64,000 nucleotides of DNA. Source: Octopus vulgaris. Lineage: Eukaryota. The stretch spans positions 46,748,001 to 46,812,000 of the forward strand of contig OX597833.1 in assembly GCA_951406725.2 (NCBI GenBank), written 5' to 3'. The translations under genes were made by a program, and so were the position numbers. Positions 1 through 11,960 of the stretch are shown piece by piece (within the stretch, counting starts at the first letter, position 1; every line of letters begins with the position of its first letter). The notes beneath the pieces were generated by a model. It did no database searches and had not been told where the DNA came from. It saw nothing but the letters and a program-made list of their open reading frames with translations.

Positions 1-342
1 GCTTATATCTTTAAAAATGAATTCAAAATTTAAGTGAAGTGCCTAGTTTAAAATGTTCTATTTTCTAAGAAAAATCATGACCCTCCCTTCTTCCCCCATC
101 CCACCCTGCCAAAATACCCAGAATCTCCTACAGCACTTTCTTTACATTTGCTGCTCCCGCTTGTGCTTCCCCCACCCCCACCCACAGCCAAGGCAACAGC
201 TATTTACCCAGGTTAAGAATGATCTGCACAATCTGTTTCACTCTGCAGGTGTTCAATGCCATGCCAATGGGAACCACAGTTTGGTACGTTAGCACTCGGT
301 CCATAGAATAATTAACTTTTGTGTGTGTGTGTGGGGGGGGGT

Positions 343-1370
343 GCATGACTGTGCATAGGTGTATGTGTGTGTGTGTGTGTGTGCATGACTGTGCATGGGT
401 GTGTGTGTGCATGACTGTGCATGGGTGTATGTGTGTGTGTGTGTGCATGACTGTGCATGGGTGTGTGTGTGTGCATGACTGTGCATGGGTGTATGTGTGT
501 GTGTGTGCATGACTGTGCATGGGTGTGTGTGTGTGCATGACTGTGCATGGGTGTATGTGTGTGTGTATATGTGTGCATGACTGTGCATGGGTGTATGTGT
601 GTGTGCATGACTGTGCATGGGTGTATGTGTGTGTGTATGTGTGTGCATGACTGTGTATGTGTGTGCATGACTGTATGTGTGTGCATGACTGTACATGGGT
701 GTATGTGTGTGCATAACTGTGCATGGGTGTATGTGTGTGTGTGTGTATGTGTGTGTGCATGACTGTGAATGGGTGTATGTGTGTGTGTGTATGTGTGTGT
801 ATGACAGTGCATGTGTGTGACTGCATGAGTATGTGTTAGTGTCCATGTATGTGTGTGTGCATGAGTGCATACATGATTGCATATGTGTGTGTGTGCATAA
901 GTGTATGCATATGAATGTAGTGTGTGCATGCATGAGCAACTGTGTGTATGTGTGCATAAGTGTGTGTTAGTGTCCATGTATGCGTGTGCACGAGTGCGTG
1001 CATGAATGTATGTGTGTGCATAAATTTATGCATATGAACATAGTATGTGCATGAGTATCTGTGTGTACGTGTGTGTGTGCATGAGTGTGTGTGTGTGTGT
1101 TCATAAGTGTGTGTGTGTGTTCATGAGTGTGTGTGTGTGTGTGTGTGTGTGCGTGTATGAGTGTGTGTGTGTGCACGCATGTGCATCAGTGTATGTATGT
1201 ATGTATGTGTGTGTGTGCAAGAGTGCTTATGTGCATGCATGTGTCCATGTATTCATGAGTTTGTAATGCTTGTGCTTGAATGCATGTGTGTTCTTGTGTA
1301 TGTGCATATGCATGTGTATGCGTGTGCATGCAATCATGCATATAAGTGTATGTTCACACACAAACACACA
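343..1370. repeat. Compound minisatellite/microsatellite (catgactgtgcatgggtgtatgtgtg... ~30-bp units decaying into TG-rich repeat)
   Basis: Directly visible tandem units; source of the HT/CV-rich pseudo-ORFs. Confidence 0.9.
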
Positions 1371-1489
1371 CACATATGCGGGTTGGGAGAATTGGTCTTG
1401 TAGTCATAGATAACTTAAAATGAAGTGGTGGTTGTTGTTGTTTCCTGTGGCTAGCTGACATAATCATTAGCACCACAGGCAAAATGCTT

Positions 1490-1925
1490 ATTTTTATTTT
1501 ATCTAGCTTCAGCTCACGAGCTGTGGCCATGCTGGGGCACCACCATTTGGTGTTGCTACATGATTTTACTTCACGAATGCTTTTTAGCAATTGCCATTGG
1601 GTGCATGAGAGAGTTCGATGCAGCTGCCCTCATCTGCACCTCCTGCCGTGAAGTTTGTTCATCTGGGACACCTGACAGGAAGAGATCCAGTTTTATTTTA
1701 AAGACATCTGCATCCACCCCATGCAGGTCTCTCAGGTTCTTCGGGAGGATATTGAAGAGCTGTGGGCCTCTGAAGCCCAGGCTATCACAGTATCTTGTCC
1801 TACATCTTGATGGCAAATTTGGAGTCCTTGGCACTATGCAGTAGCACCCAGTTCTAGTATTTGTGTAACTCTCGATGCCAAAGTTTGGGACAAGACCTTC
1901 TAGGATCTTCCAGATATATATTAGC
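1490..1925 (-). mobile_element. 3' end of a CR1/L2-group LINE (ORF2 C-terminus + 3' UTR)
   Basis: Minus-strand translation YIWKILEGLVPNFG...RGPQLFNILPKNLRDL...FKIKLDLFLSGVPDE is typical of CR1-group ORF2 ends; it ends in a hairpin cagctc-gt-gagctg and an (ATAAA)n-like tail. Confidence 0.75.
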
Positions 1926-2954
1926 AGTATTTCACCCGTCGCTATGTTCTGAGTTCAAATTCCACTGAGGTCAGCTTTGCCTTTCATCCTTTCAGGATCG
2001 ATAAATTAAGTACCAGAGAAATACTGGGGTCCATGTGACCAATTATACCCCTTCCACCGAATTTTGGGCCTTGTACTCTATAGCAGAAAGGATTATAGTT
2101 GTGTCCTGCACCCCACCTTACCAAGTCAGCACTAGTCCTCAAACAGAATTATGATCAAAAGTATTCCAGCTATGACCATCCTGTCATTTTCCCATAAGGA
2201 CCTCATTACACAAAATTCCTTTTAAAATGGTTAGGTAATGGGGCAATTTACAGGAGACTTGGTAGTTATTTTTAGCAGTTAGAGAGACCATGTACATGTT
2301 CCCTCGTTGGTTTGTTTAGAGTCAGGATTTTTCATATTATAATCATACAGTCAACTCATAAGAACATGAAAACAAGAAACGGTTGTTTGGGGGGTTTTTT
2401 TTTGTAAATCTGAGAAATATTTTTGTCATAATTGCTTAGCTCCAGGTAAGCTCTAAGTCAAGTAGAACTGTGATCAAAAGTTTTTCCAGCTGAGAACATC
2501 CCACCTTTCATTTCAGGAATAATATCCTTTCTACTATAAGCACAAGGCCTGAAACTTGGAGGAGGGGACTAGTCTGTTACATCAACCCCAGTGTTTCAGA
2601 GGTACTTAATTTATTGACCCCGAAAGGATGAAAGGCAAAGCTGACCTCGGTGGAATTTGAACCCAGAATGTAGCGTTGAACAAAATACTGCTAAGCATTT
2701 CGTCCAGCGTACAAACAATTCTGCCTGCTCACATGGTATCAAAATATATTTTTCAGATTATACATTAATTGATGTGTACCCTCTTTCTTATTTTTGTCCC
2801 CCCCTTTTTTTTTCAAAGTCAGAAGACGAAGGTTGACGTACTTAGTCTTCTGGGAAATTTGGCTGCTATTTTTAGAAGCTTAAGCAATCATGTAGAGACT
2901 GTTGTTTATGATGATGATGTCAATGGTAATGGCAACAAGAGCATCATGGTGATG

Positions 2955-3165
2955 GTATCAGCAGTGATAGTGGTGGTTGGTGGTGGTGGTTGGTGGTGGT
3001 GGGCTGGTGGTGTGGTGCTGGTGGTTGTTGGTGGTGGTTGGTGGTGGTGGTGGTTGGTGGTGGTGGTGATTGGTGGTGATGCTGGTGGTGGTGGTGGCTG
3101 GTGGTGGTGGTGGTTGGTGGTGGGTGGTTGGTGGTTGGTGGTGGTTGGTGGTGGTTGGTGGTGGT
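2955..3165. repeat. (GGT)n microsatellite
   Basis: Direct. Confidence 0.95.
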
Positions 3166-3354
3166 AAATTTGATGACTAGTGATAATCCCAGATACATTA
3201 TGTATGAATATTAAAATCTATAAAAATTACAAGATTGTCTCCACATATTTAGATTTTTTTAAAAATCTTTTTACTTGTTGCAGTCATTGGATAGCAGCCA
3301 TGCTGGAATACAGTCTTGGAGGATTTAGTGAAACAAATCAACACCAGTATTTAT

Positions 3355-3720
3355 ACAGTTCTATATTTAAGAGATGAGGAATTATGTACATTACTTACAT
3401 TATTTACATTTGACAGATATTTGTCCTCATCTTGTTTGTTGTTAACACGTTTCGGCTGATATACCCTCCAGCCTTTTTCAGGTGTCTTGGAGAAATTTCG
3501 AACCTGGGCTCTCACTCCTAAGGTATTTTTCGATGTTGTTATTATTATGATTATAATTATTATTGTCATTGTTCAGGTTCCTGCTTGGAATCGAACTCAG
3601 AATCTTGGGGTTAGTAGCCCGCACTCTCAACCACTACGCCATATGCCCATGGGCATATGTTAACAATAAACAAGATGAGGACAAATATCCATCGAATGTA
3701 AATAATGTAAATAATGTACA
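3355..3720 (-). mobile_element. tRNA-headed element with a hammerhead-like motif and an inverted 3' tail, inserted in a family-A SINE
   Basis: TSD agtatttat (3346-3354 / 3721-3729); A box TGGCGTAGTGG (3641-3631); B box GAGTTCGATTCC (3598-3587); degenerate HHR core CTGAAAA-A-GGCTG..CAGCC-GAAAC (3486-3444); tail 3384-3447 inverted at 3658-3720. Confidence 0.7.
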
Positions 3721-3952
3721 AGTATTTATTATTTGTTAATGACTGGTACTTATTCCATTGGTCTCTTTTGCCAAACAACTAAGCTGCTGGGATGTAAACA
3801 AACCCACACTGGTTGCCAAGTAGTGGTTGGACAAACATAAACACATACACAACAACAGGGTTCAACATAGTTTCTGTTTACCAAATTTGCTCACAAAGCA
3901 TTTGTCTGTCTGGGGCTATAGTAGAAGTCAACTGCCCAAGGTGCAGCACAGT

Positions 3953-4264
3953 GGAGGCGCCATCCAACCAAAATGCAAAAATATGGGAAACTACCACCTG
4001 TGTCATCTCTTGTGAAAGGTAGAAGAGTCCAGTTTGCTGGACATTGTTGTAGAGCTGAAAAAGAGGTAATTTCTACTCTTCTCCTCTGGAAGCCATCTAC
4101 TCGCAATACCAGAGGGCGCACACTCTCCTACCCTGATGTAATCTCCAGGGATACAGGCATCCAGCAACAGGACCTCCATAATGCTATGATGGACCGTGAA
4201 GTCTGGCGTAGCATGGTAAATTCCATTGTGTCGACCACAGTTGAACAATGATGATGATGATGAT
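3953..4264 (+). mobile_element. 5'-truncated RTE-clade LINE (ORF C-terminus + (TGA)n tail) inserted in a family-A SINE
   Basis: HPTK..YGKLPPVSSLVKGRRVQFAGHCCRAEKEVISTLLLWKP...AMMDREVWRSMV is a typical RTE-type C-terminus; (TGA)n tail; the host SINE resumes at ~4265. Confidence 0.8.
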
Positions 4265-4430
4265 GTGGGTGTGAACCCCAAACTATGTGGTTGCAAAGAG
4301 TGCTTTTTAACCACATAGCCACGTCTCCAAGAAAAAAAAGAGAAAAAGAGAGAGAGAGACAAAGGTACAGGATGGTCAGCACATCTTTAAGTATCGATAG
4401 ATCTGCTAGAACAAAGCTAACTTGGGTTAA

Positions 4431-4738
4431 CCCCTTACCCAACAATTATTTTGAAAATAAATGTATTTTTTCAGACATATTTTTTAATTGTTTTATTTTA
4501 CTATGTTTTGAATGGTGATTTCGAGGTATATTTCAAACCTTATTTATTATGAATTTTAATTCAATAATATTGATTTTAAATTACCGCTTTGGGCAGAAAC
4601 GAGTTAACCCGTTTTTAGACGAAGGAACTTGTTTGCTGTCGATTTTGGCGAGACTATCTTTTGACGAGTTAACTCGCCAGAGATAGAAAAAAACGATTTC
4701 GGTCAAAACGCATATATTCGTTTCTGCCGGGTAAGGGG
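4431..4738. mobile_element. piggyBac-type MITE
   Basis: Perfect TIR CCCCTTACCC / GGGTAAGGGG flanked by TTAA on both sides (4427-4430, 4739-4742). Confidence 0.75.
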
Positions 4739-4851
4739 TTAAGCAACAAAAGCAATGACAACAACATCAACAACAAAACTGTATATTTCAAAAAAAAAAA
4801 AAAAAAAAAAGAGAGAGAATGATTGTCAATGAACAAGAAAAAATCATTTAC

Positions 4852-5122
4852 CTTCATCAACGTCATTACGAGCGGCAGCCTCCAATAATTTAATATTATC
4901 AGCAAAATCCACACCTCTCTTGTTGTAAGTTCTTGTCAATTTCTTAGAACTACTGTAGCTATTTGGTTTCCTTTTCTTGGCAAATTCTTTATCCAGTTTC
5001 TTCTCATATCGTCGATATTGTTTCAATTGGTGAGCACGTCTTTTTCTAGCGTGGACCAGTCTTTCAACAGGAGACATTTTCTCCACAACAGCAATTTCGG
5101 CGACTAAGTCGTAATGCTCCAT
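4852..5122 (-). CDS. PPP1R16A: First coding exon of a protein phosphatase 1 regulatory subunit 16A/B-like protein (MYPT3/TIMAP/MYPT-75D family); the gene continues left of the window
   Basis: Translation MEHYDLVAEIAVVEKMSPVERLVHARKRRAHQLKQY...KRGVDFADNIKLLEAAARNDVDE matches the family N-terminus (ERL..A.KRRA.QLK, an RVxF-type PP1 motif RGVDF, LLEAAARND start of the ankyrin region). ATG at 5122-5120. Phase-1 donor GAAG|GTAAAT (intron starts 4851) is followed by a U-rich intron. The A vs B paralogue cannot be distinguished in an invertebrate. Confidence 0.9.
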
Positions 5123-5711
5123 TTTGAAGGTTTTTTTTTTAATTATCGCACTCAACTTAATATATATATATGTGTGTGTGTGTGTATATTGGCAATATTA
5201 ATAGATATAAATTGTGATAAATAACATTGATAACAATTTCTGTTTATTTCGTTTTTCTTCCTTTCTGTTTCTTAACAGTATCAAATTAGATTTAAATAAC
5301 AAAAAATACGATTTATTTAAATTTTAATAATTTCTCTAAAATCTTTGATAACCAGTTAGTTAGCTGATACATAAGCCATCCATTTCAGTTAACAAAAGGT
5401 TCAAATATAGAATATCAAGAAAATATATATATGTATATTAATATAATATAATATATAATATCTAAATAATATACACAATATATATCAATATATTAATATA
5501 TTAATGTATATACTAATATATTAATATATATATATTTATATATATTAACATATATTTATGTATATATATATATATTAATATATATTATTTTAAAAGTAAG
5601 ATTCATCCAGAGAATATTTAAGGCATTGGTATTCCATGTCTGCAGAAAATAGTATTTTTCTCCAATGTAGAGCCATCTAATTGGTTAAGTTTCATTTCAT
5701 AAGAACAAGAT
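5123..5711 (-). other. Probable 5' UTR part of the same exon
   Basis: TE-free AT-rich stretch upstream of the ATG, bounded by a strong acceptor tctcttttctttctttgcag| (AG at 5713-5712). A weaker alternative acceptor has its AG at 5641-5640. Confidence 0.5.
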
Positions 5712-5888
5712 CTGCAAAGAAAGAAAAGAGACGTAAGTTTATCATCATCATCATAATAATATGCATCATTGTACTCTTCATCAACAATATTATTATCATT
5801 ATTACTTCTACACAAAGGCAGTGAGCTGCCAAAATTGTTACCATGCTGAGCAAAATGCTTGGTGGTATTTTATTTGGTATTTATATAT

Positions 5889-6420
5889 AAGGCGGCGAGC
5901 TGGCAGAAACGTTAGCACACCGGGCGAAATGCTTAGCAGTATTTCGTCTGCCGCTACATTCTGAGTTCAAATTCTGCCAAGGTCAACTTTGCCTTTCATC
6001 CTTTCGGGGTCGATTAAATGAGTACCAGCTACGCACTGGAGTTGATATAATCAACTTAATCCGTTTGTCTGTCCTTGTTTGTCCTCTCTGTGATTAGCCC
6101 CTTGTGGGTAGTAAAGAAATAGGTATTTCGTCTGCTGCTATGTTCTGAGTTCAAATTCCGCCGAGATCGACTTTGCCTTTCATCCTTTCAGGGTCGATTA
6201 AATAAGTACCAGTTATGCACTGGGGTTGATGTAATCGACTTAATCCGTTTGTCTGTCCTTCTTTGTCCCCACTGTGTTTAGCCCCTTGTGGGTAGTAAAA
6301 GAAATAGGTATTTTATCTGTCTGAACATTCAGAGCTTAAATTCCACCAATGTCAACTTTGCCTTTCATCCTTGGGTCAATAAAACAAGTACCAGTTGAGC
6401 ATGGAGGTGGGGTTTGATGC
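5889..6420 (+). mobile_element. Family-B tRNA-derived SINE, one head + ~2.5 tandem bodies
   Basis: Head ggcggcgagctggcagaaacgttag...gagttcaaattc (A/B boxes), central gcctttcatcctttcggggtcgat..aagtaccag, tail aaagaaatag; the body repeats from ggtatttcgtctg. Confidence 0.85.
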
Positions 6421-7274
6421 AGCGCTGATTAAACCATTAAGCAAAATAAGCACATGCTTAGGGTATCAATTTACCAATTTACTGCTTTTCTAATAAAGTG
6501 GTTAACAAGGGAGTGTATGTAACACAGTGTAGGACAAATATTGCGTTGAAGAACACCATTTCTTCAATTTTCTTACTGCTGTATATACACAAACATCAAA
6601 AGTTAATTATTCTATAGATTGAATGCTAAAATACCAAATGGTGGTCCCCATTGGCATGATATTGAACACCTGCAGAGTGAAATAGACTGTGCAGTTCATT
6701 GTTTCTGAACATGGATAGATTGCTGTTGCCTTGACGAAGGGGCCGGGGTGAATACGTGTGAACAGGAATTGTAAAGAAAGTACTACAGAAGCATAAAACA
6801 CACACACACACACACACACACATGTAAGGGTAAGCATGGTTGTGTAGATACAGAGATTGCTTCGTAAACAACCAATTTTTAGATTCTTATCCGTGTGTGT
6901 ATGCGTGTGTGTATGCATGTGTGTACACGCTAACTTGAACAGGTATCTTTTGCTATATCTTTGGGCTAACACTTACAAGTAAAATTGGTAAATGAAAATT
7001 GTATGGAAGCCTGCAGTGTGTGTGTGTGTGTGTGCATGTGAATGTTAGCATTTTATGCCTTCATATGAAACCACCCAAGCCAAAAATGGTGACATAGCGT
7101 TCACGTTTCCTGTAAACACTATGTCCTGTAGCTCAGAGCTTTTGATGATTTATAGAATATCTCACTTGAAAAAAGATAAGGATTAGAAACAAGAGAGGCA
7201 TCCCACCAATACATTACACTACCTCAAATAAATATTCTTTCCAGTATGGAAAAATGGCCATAAAAACAAATGAA

Positions 7275-7318
<44 letters not shown>

Positions 7319-7329
7319 TGGCACATTGA

Positions 7330-7371
<42 letters not shown>

Positions 7372-7375
<4 letters not shown>

Positions 7376-7562
7376 AGAGTTTACGAAAAAAAACAACAAC
7401 AGACGAAGACAGGTAGTGTACAAAACATATAGATGTATTAGTATAACGCTCAGGAACAGAAAAAGTCTTTTACGTTTCGAGCCTATGCTCTTCTACAGAA
7501 AGGGACACAGAAAACAAGGAGAGAAAAAAAATGTGTGTAGTGGCTAACGATCTATCATGGCA
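7372..7562 (-). mobile_element. Penelope-like non-autonomous fragment with variant hammerhead (CTGTAGA core)
   Basis: CTTT-CTGTAGA-A-GAGC-ATAG-GCTC-GAAAC-GTA-AAAG at 7502-7467; sits between TA/TG microsatellites; second copy at 54681-54820. Confidence 0.6.
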
Positions 7563-7567
7563 TCTGA

Positions 7568-7621
<54 letters not shown>

Positions 7622-7623
<2 letters not shown>

Positions 7624-7831
7624 TCTTTTACTTGTTTCAGTCATTTGACTGTGGCCATGCTGGACCACCGCCTTTTGTCAAGCAAATCGACCCCAGGACT
7701 TATTCTTTGTAAGCCTAGTATTTATTCTATCGGTCTCTTTTGCCGAAGCGCTAAGTTACGGGGATGTAAACACACCAGCATCGGTTGTCAAGCGATGTTT
7801 GGGGGGGGGGGACACAAACACAGACACACAA

Positions 7832-7880
<49 letters not shown>

Positions 7881-8052
7881 CACATATATACGAAAGGCTT
7901 CTTTCAGTTTCTGTCTACCAAAGCCACTCAGGCTACTATAGCCTGAGGCTATAGTAGAAGATACTTGCCCAAGGAGCCACGCAATGGGACTGAACCCAGA
8001 ACCATGTGGTTCATAAGCAAGCTACTTACCACACACCCACTCCTACACCTAT
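7622..8052 (-). mobile_element. Family-A tRNA-derived SINE
   Basis: Consensus head ggagtggctgtgtggtaagtagcttgc..ggttcagtcccact (A/B boxes), ccttgggcaagt, internal TA/TG microsatellite, tail ccagcatggcc.cagtcaaatgactgaaacaagtaaaagag. Confidence 0.85.
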
Positions 8053-8363
8053 ATATATATACGATGAAATTAAATACTTAAATGTTAAATGTCTAGGGAT
8101 CAAGAATTATATAATCAACTTCATAAGCTTGAAGCTGTTTCTGCTAGAAGTTGTGCACTCAGAGTTGAGTGCTTGTGCATCACCTAATGCAAGTATATTT
8201 AGGAAGTTCATGCAAGTTTATTTAGGAAAGCATTTACAAAGATGAAAAAGATCAACATCGAAAACATAAAAATACATGAGAAATCAGGTATCAAGTTTCA
8301 AGGGGAGAAGCCACTCTAAGAAATATGTAGCTTCTATAGTGTGTGTGTGTGTGTGTGTGTATT

Positions 8364-8399
<36 letters not shown>

Positions 8400-9000
8400 A
8401 TAGTTAGTAAAAATTATATCTAAAATAACAACAAAAATCACAAAATACATGAAAATGGTATTAGTTTAACATTTTGAAGGTTATACATTTGCAATCCAGG
8501 AGCAGAGGGATGGTAAAATGAGATGGTAAAACCCTACAACCTCAAAGATCTGACTAAAGAAAATCGATTACATCACATTACTGATATTACACATTTTATC
8601 AGTGCTATCCAAAAATGTTATCAAGGTACTCTCTGCCATTGGAGCATATCATTGTAACTAAAACAATACACGGTGTTGTCCATAGAAAAAGCTGTGCCTA
8701 TTATTGAATATTATACCTATCAACACACAACACAAAGAATATTGATAGAACATTCTCAATGCAGTTTCCAGCAAGTGCAAACATAACAGATCTGATATAG
8801 TTGTTTGAGATAGAAAGGAAAAATTATGTACAGTCAAGAAGGTCAGCTGCCCTACACAGTGAGACATAAAATATTTATGGATGTAGGCACCAATGCATGG
8901 TTAAAAAAAACTCAATTTTCATTTTGCGACTAAATTCGAATGGTAATTGTAGTTAAGACACCAGTGCTGGTGACAGGTAAAAGCACCGTTCGAGCGTGGC

Positions 9001-9325
9001 AGTTACTAGCGTTGCCTGACTGGCATCCGTCTTGGTGACACGTAAAAGCACCAACCGATCGTGGCAGTTACTAGCGTTGCCTGACTGGCATCCGTCTTGG
9101 TGACACGTAAAAGCACCAACCGATCGTGGCAGTTACTAGCGTTGCCTGACTGGCATCCGTCTTGGTGACACATAAAAGCACCAACCGATCGTGGCAGTTA
9201 CTAGCGTTGCCTGACTGGCGTCCGTCTTGGTGACACGTAAAAGCACCAACCGATCGTGGCAGTTACTAGCGTCGCTTGACTGGCTTCTGTCTCGGTGACA
9301 CGTAAAAGCACCAACCGATTGTGGC
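9001..9325 (+). repeat. 65-bp minisatellite, 5 near-identical units, at the 5' part of an RTE-tail (family-D) repeat
   Basis: Unit starts at 9001, 9066, 9131, 9196 and 9261; continues into ggcattaggaagggcatccagctgtagaaa...gttaaa(tga)n up to ~9540. Confidence 0.9.
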
Positions 9326-10092
9326 TGTTTGCCAGCCTGCGCTGGCTCCTGTGCCGGTGGCACGTAAAAAACACCCACTACACTCACGGAGTGGTTGGCA
9401 TTAGGAAGGGCATCCAGCTGTAGAAACACTGCCAAATCAGGCTGGAGCCTGGTGCAGCCTCCATGGCTTACCAGACCCCAGTCAAACCATCTAACCCATG
9501 CTAGCATGGAAAACGGACGTTAAATGATGATGATGATGATATAGTTTTGGGTTCAGTCCCACTGAGTGGCACATTGAGCAAGTGTCTTCTACTATAACCT
9601 CAAGTCAGTCAATGCCTTATGATAGAATTTGGTAGATGGAAACTGTGTGAAAGTCTGCCGCGCCCACATGTGTGCATGCATGTGTGGGTTGCCCATGTTC
9701 AGCCCACTGCAGGATGAAGGTTTCAGCATGTTTTCTCCACCAACCAGTTTAATGTACAGGTCATGGATTTGAGCTTGCAATCACACTGGTTTGATGAGCC
9801 TACTACTCTTCCACAGAGACTCCACACGGCTTGGTAGAAGGATGCAGTTTTTATACTCTTGCTAAGAAGTAGCTATGTCAATTACAGCACTCAAAAGATG
9901 GACAAAATACTGCAAAGTGTTTGCCCAATATGCTAATGATTCTGCCAACTCACCTTATATATAAATATATACAAATAAATATATATATAAATATATACAA
10001 ATAAATATATATATATATACATATATATATATAGCGGCGTACGTACACTTTGTTCTCTTATATATATATATAGCGGCGTACGTACACTATGT

Positions 10093-10162
<70 letters not shown>

Positions 10163-10439
10163 GTGTGTGTGTGTTATCAGGTATGTGCATATGATATACA
10201 CTCAGACACAAAATTTAGTCACACACATGGTCAAGTAGCAAAGAGGCAAGTGCACTCATTAGAGGAATGCAAGTATATCCACACTTACACGTTCATAGAT
10301 GTGCATATTAACTAACTCACATATTCACAAATTCCTGGAGGCTGTCTTGACTTAGAACACAGAAGTATTGTCTCTGTATTAATGACCATTATGAAGTTTG
10401 TGAAGAACAACATGTGTAAATCTCAAAGAAAAACCTACC

Positions 10440-11960
10440 TACCTACCTACATACATATATACACATTTATATACATACATATTTATATACATTCATATAT
10501 ACATATACACACACACATATATACATATATAGGCATATACATACATGTACAGATATACACAATACATATATATACATATATATGCATTCAGATACACACA
10601 CACATATATATACATCTATATGCATACAGATACATACACACACATATACATATATATGCATACACATACACACACATATATATGCATACACACACACATA
10701 TGTATATGCATACACATACATACACACACACATATACATATATCTGTATACACATACACACACACATATATATGTATACACATACACATATATATACATA
10801 TATATGCATACACATACATACACACACACACACAAACATATATAGACACATACACACATATATATAAGCATAAACATACATGCCTATATACAAATATGAA
10901 TACAGTCATAAATACACATGCGAACATGTAAGCACACATGCACTTTGCCGAAGCACAGACACACAGACAGATTTATTTGTAGAAAAACACATACCTTTCA
11001 GGAATACAATAAAACACTTTCAGCGCAAGGTTCACAGTAAGAAGTAGAAGAACAAGCAATGATGGAAGAGCTCTCAACACATGATGCTATAATCATAAAA
11101 CACACACACTCATGCATGCACTCGCACACTCACGCACACACCTGCGTATGCACGCACACTCACGTACACACACAACATACACACACGTTACATGAAGAAA
11201 ACTAAATTCTACAGAAATATTTTGCTTGTTTATCTGAAAAGAATCTACTGTACTCAGATCTCTACAAGATAACTACATGTATATATATATGTGCACATAC
11301 ATACATATATACTCACATACATGTGCACATATGCATACTTATATATATACACACACATACACACTTGTACATATATATATATATATACATACACATATAT
11401 TTGTACATATATATATATATGTACACAAATGTATATATATACACATATTTGTACATATATATATATATACACATGTATATATATACATATTTGTGCATAT
11501 ATATATATATACACATGTATATATATACATATTTGTGCATATATATATATACACATATATATACATATATAGACATATATTTACATACACATATTTGTTC
11601 TTACATACATATATATACATATATAAAACATTTGTACATACATACATATATATATATACACACACATATATTTGTACATATATACACACACACACATACA
11701 TATTTATACACACATGTATATATACATATATACATATATTTATACATACATATATTTAAATACATGCATACATATACATAAATATAGATCTAAATTTATA
11801 TACATACATATATTATATATATATGTGTATATACATATATATACACACACATATAGTTATACATACATACACACACACATATAGTTATACATACATACAC
11901 ACATATATACATATAAATACATATATTTACACACATATATCATGTATATTGTATATTCAT
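10440..11960. repeat. Two degenerate (TA/CA)n microsatellite fields (10440-10920, 11275-11960)
   Basis: Direct. Confidence 0.9.

Noticed and set aside
200-1403. Long HT/CV-rich ORFs (also 10382-11884, 37463-39103, 45170-45655)
   Set aside because: Translations of (CA/TG/TA)n microsatellites; open in many frames with no domain content.
3574-3648. Functional tRNA gene (also the heads at 16640-16718, 28969-29040, 44589-44662, 49317-49390)
   Set aside because: Acceptor stems do not pair properly and the heads run into SINE bodies with TSDs.
4844-5155. ORF-track 103-aa protein starting at TTG and ending ..DEGK*
   Set aside because: The real start is ATG 5122 and the reading frame is spliced at 4852; the extensions are UTR and intron.
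9001-9325. CRISPR-like 65-bp periodicity
   Set aside because: The entire unit is repeated; no variable spacers.
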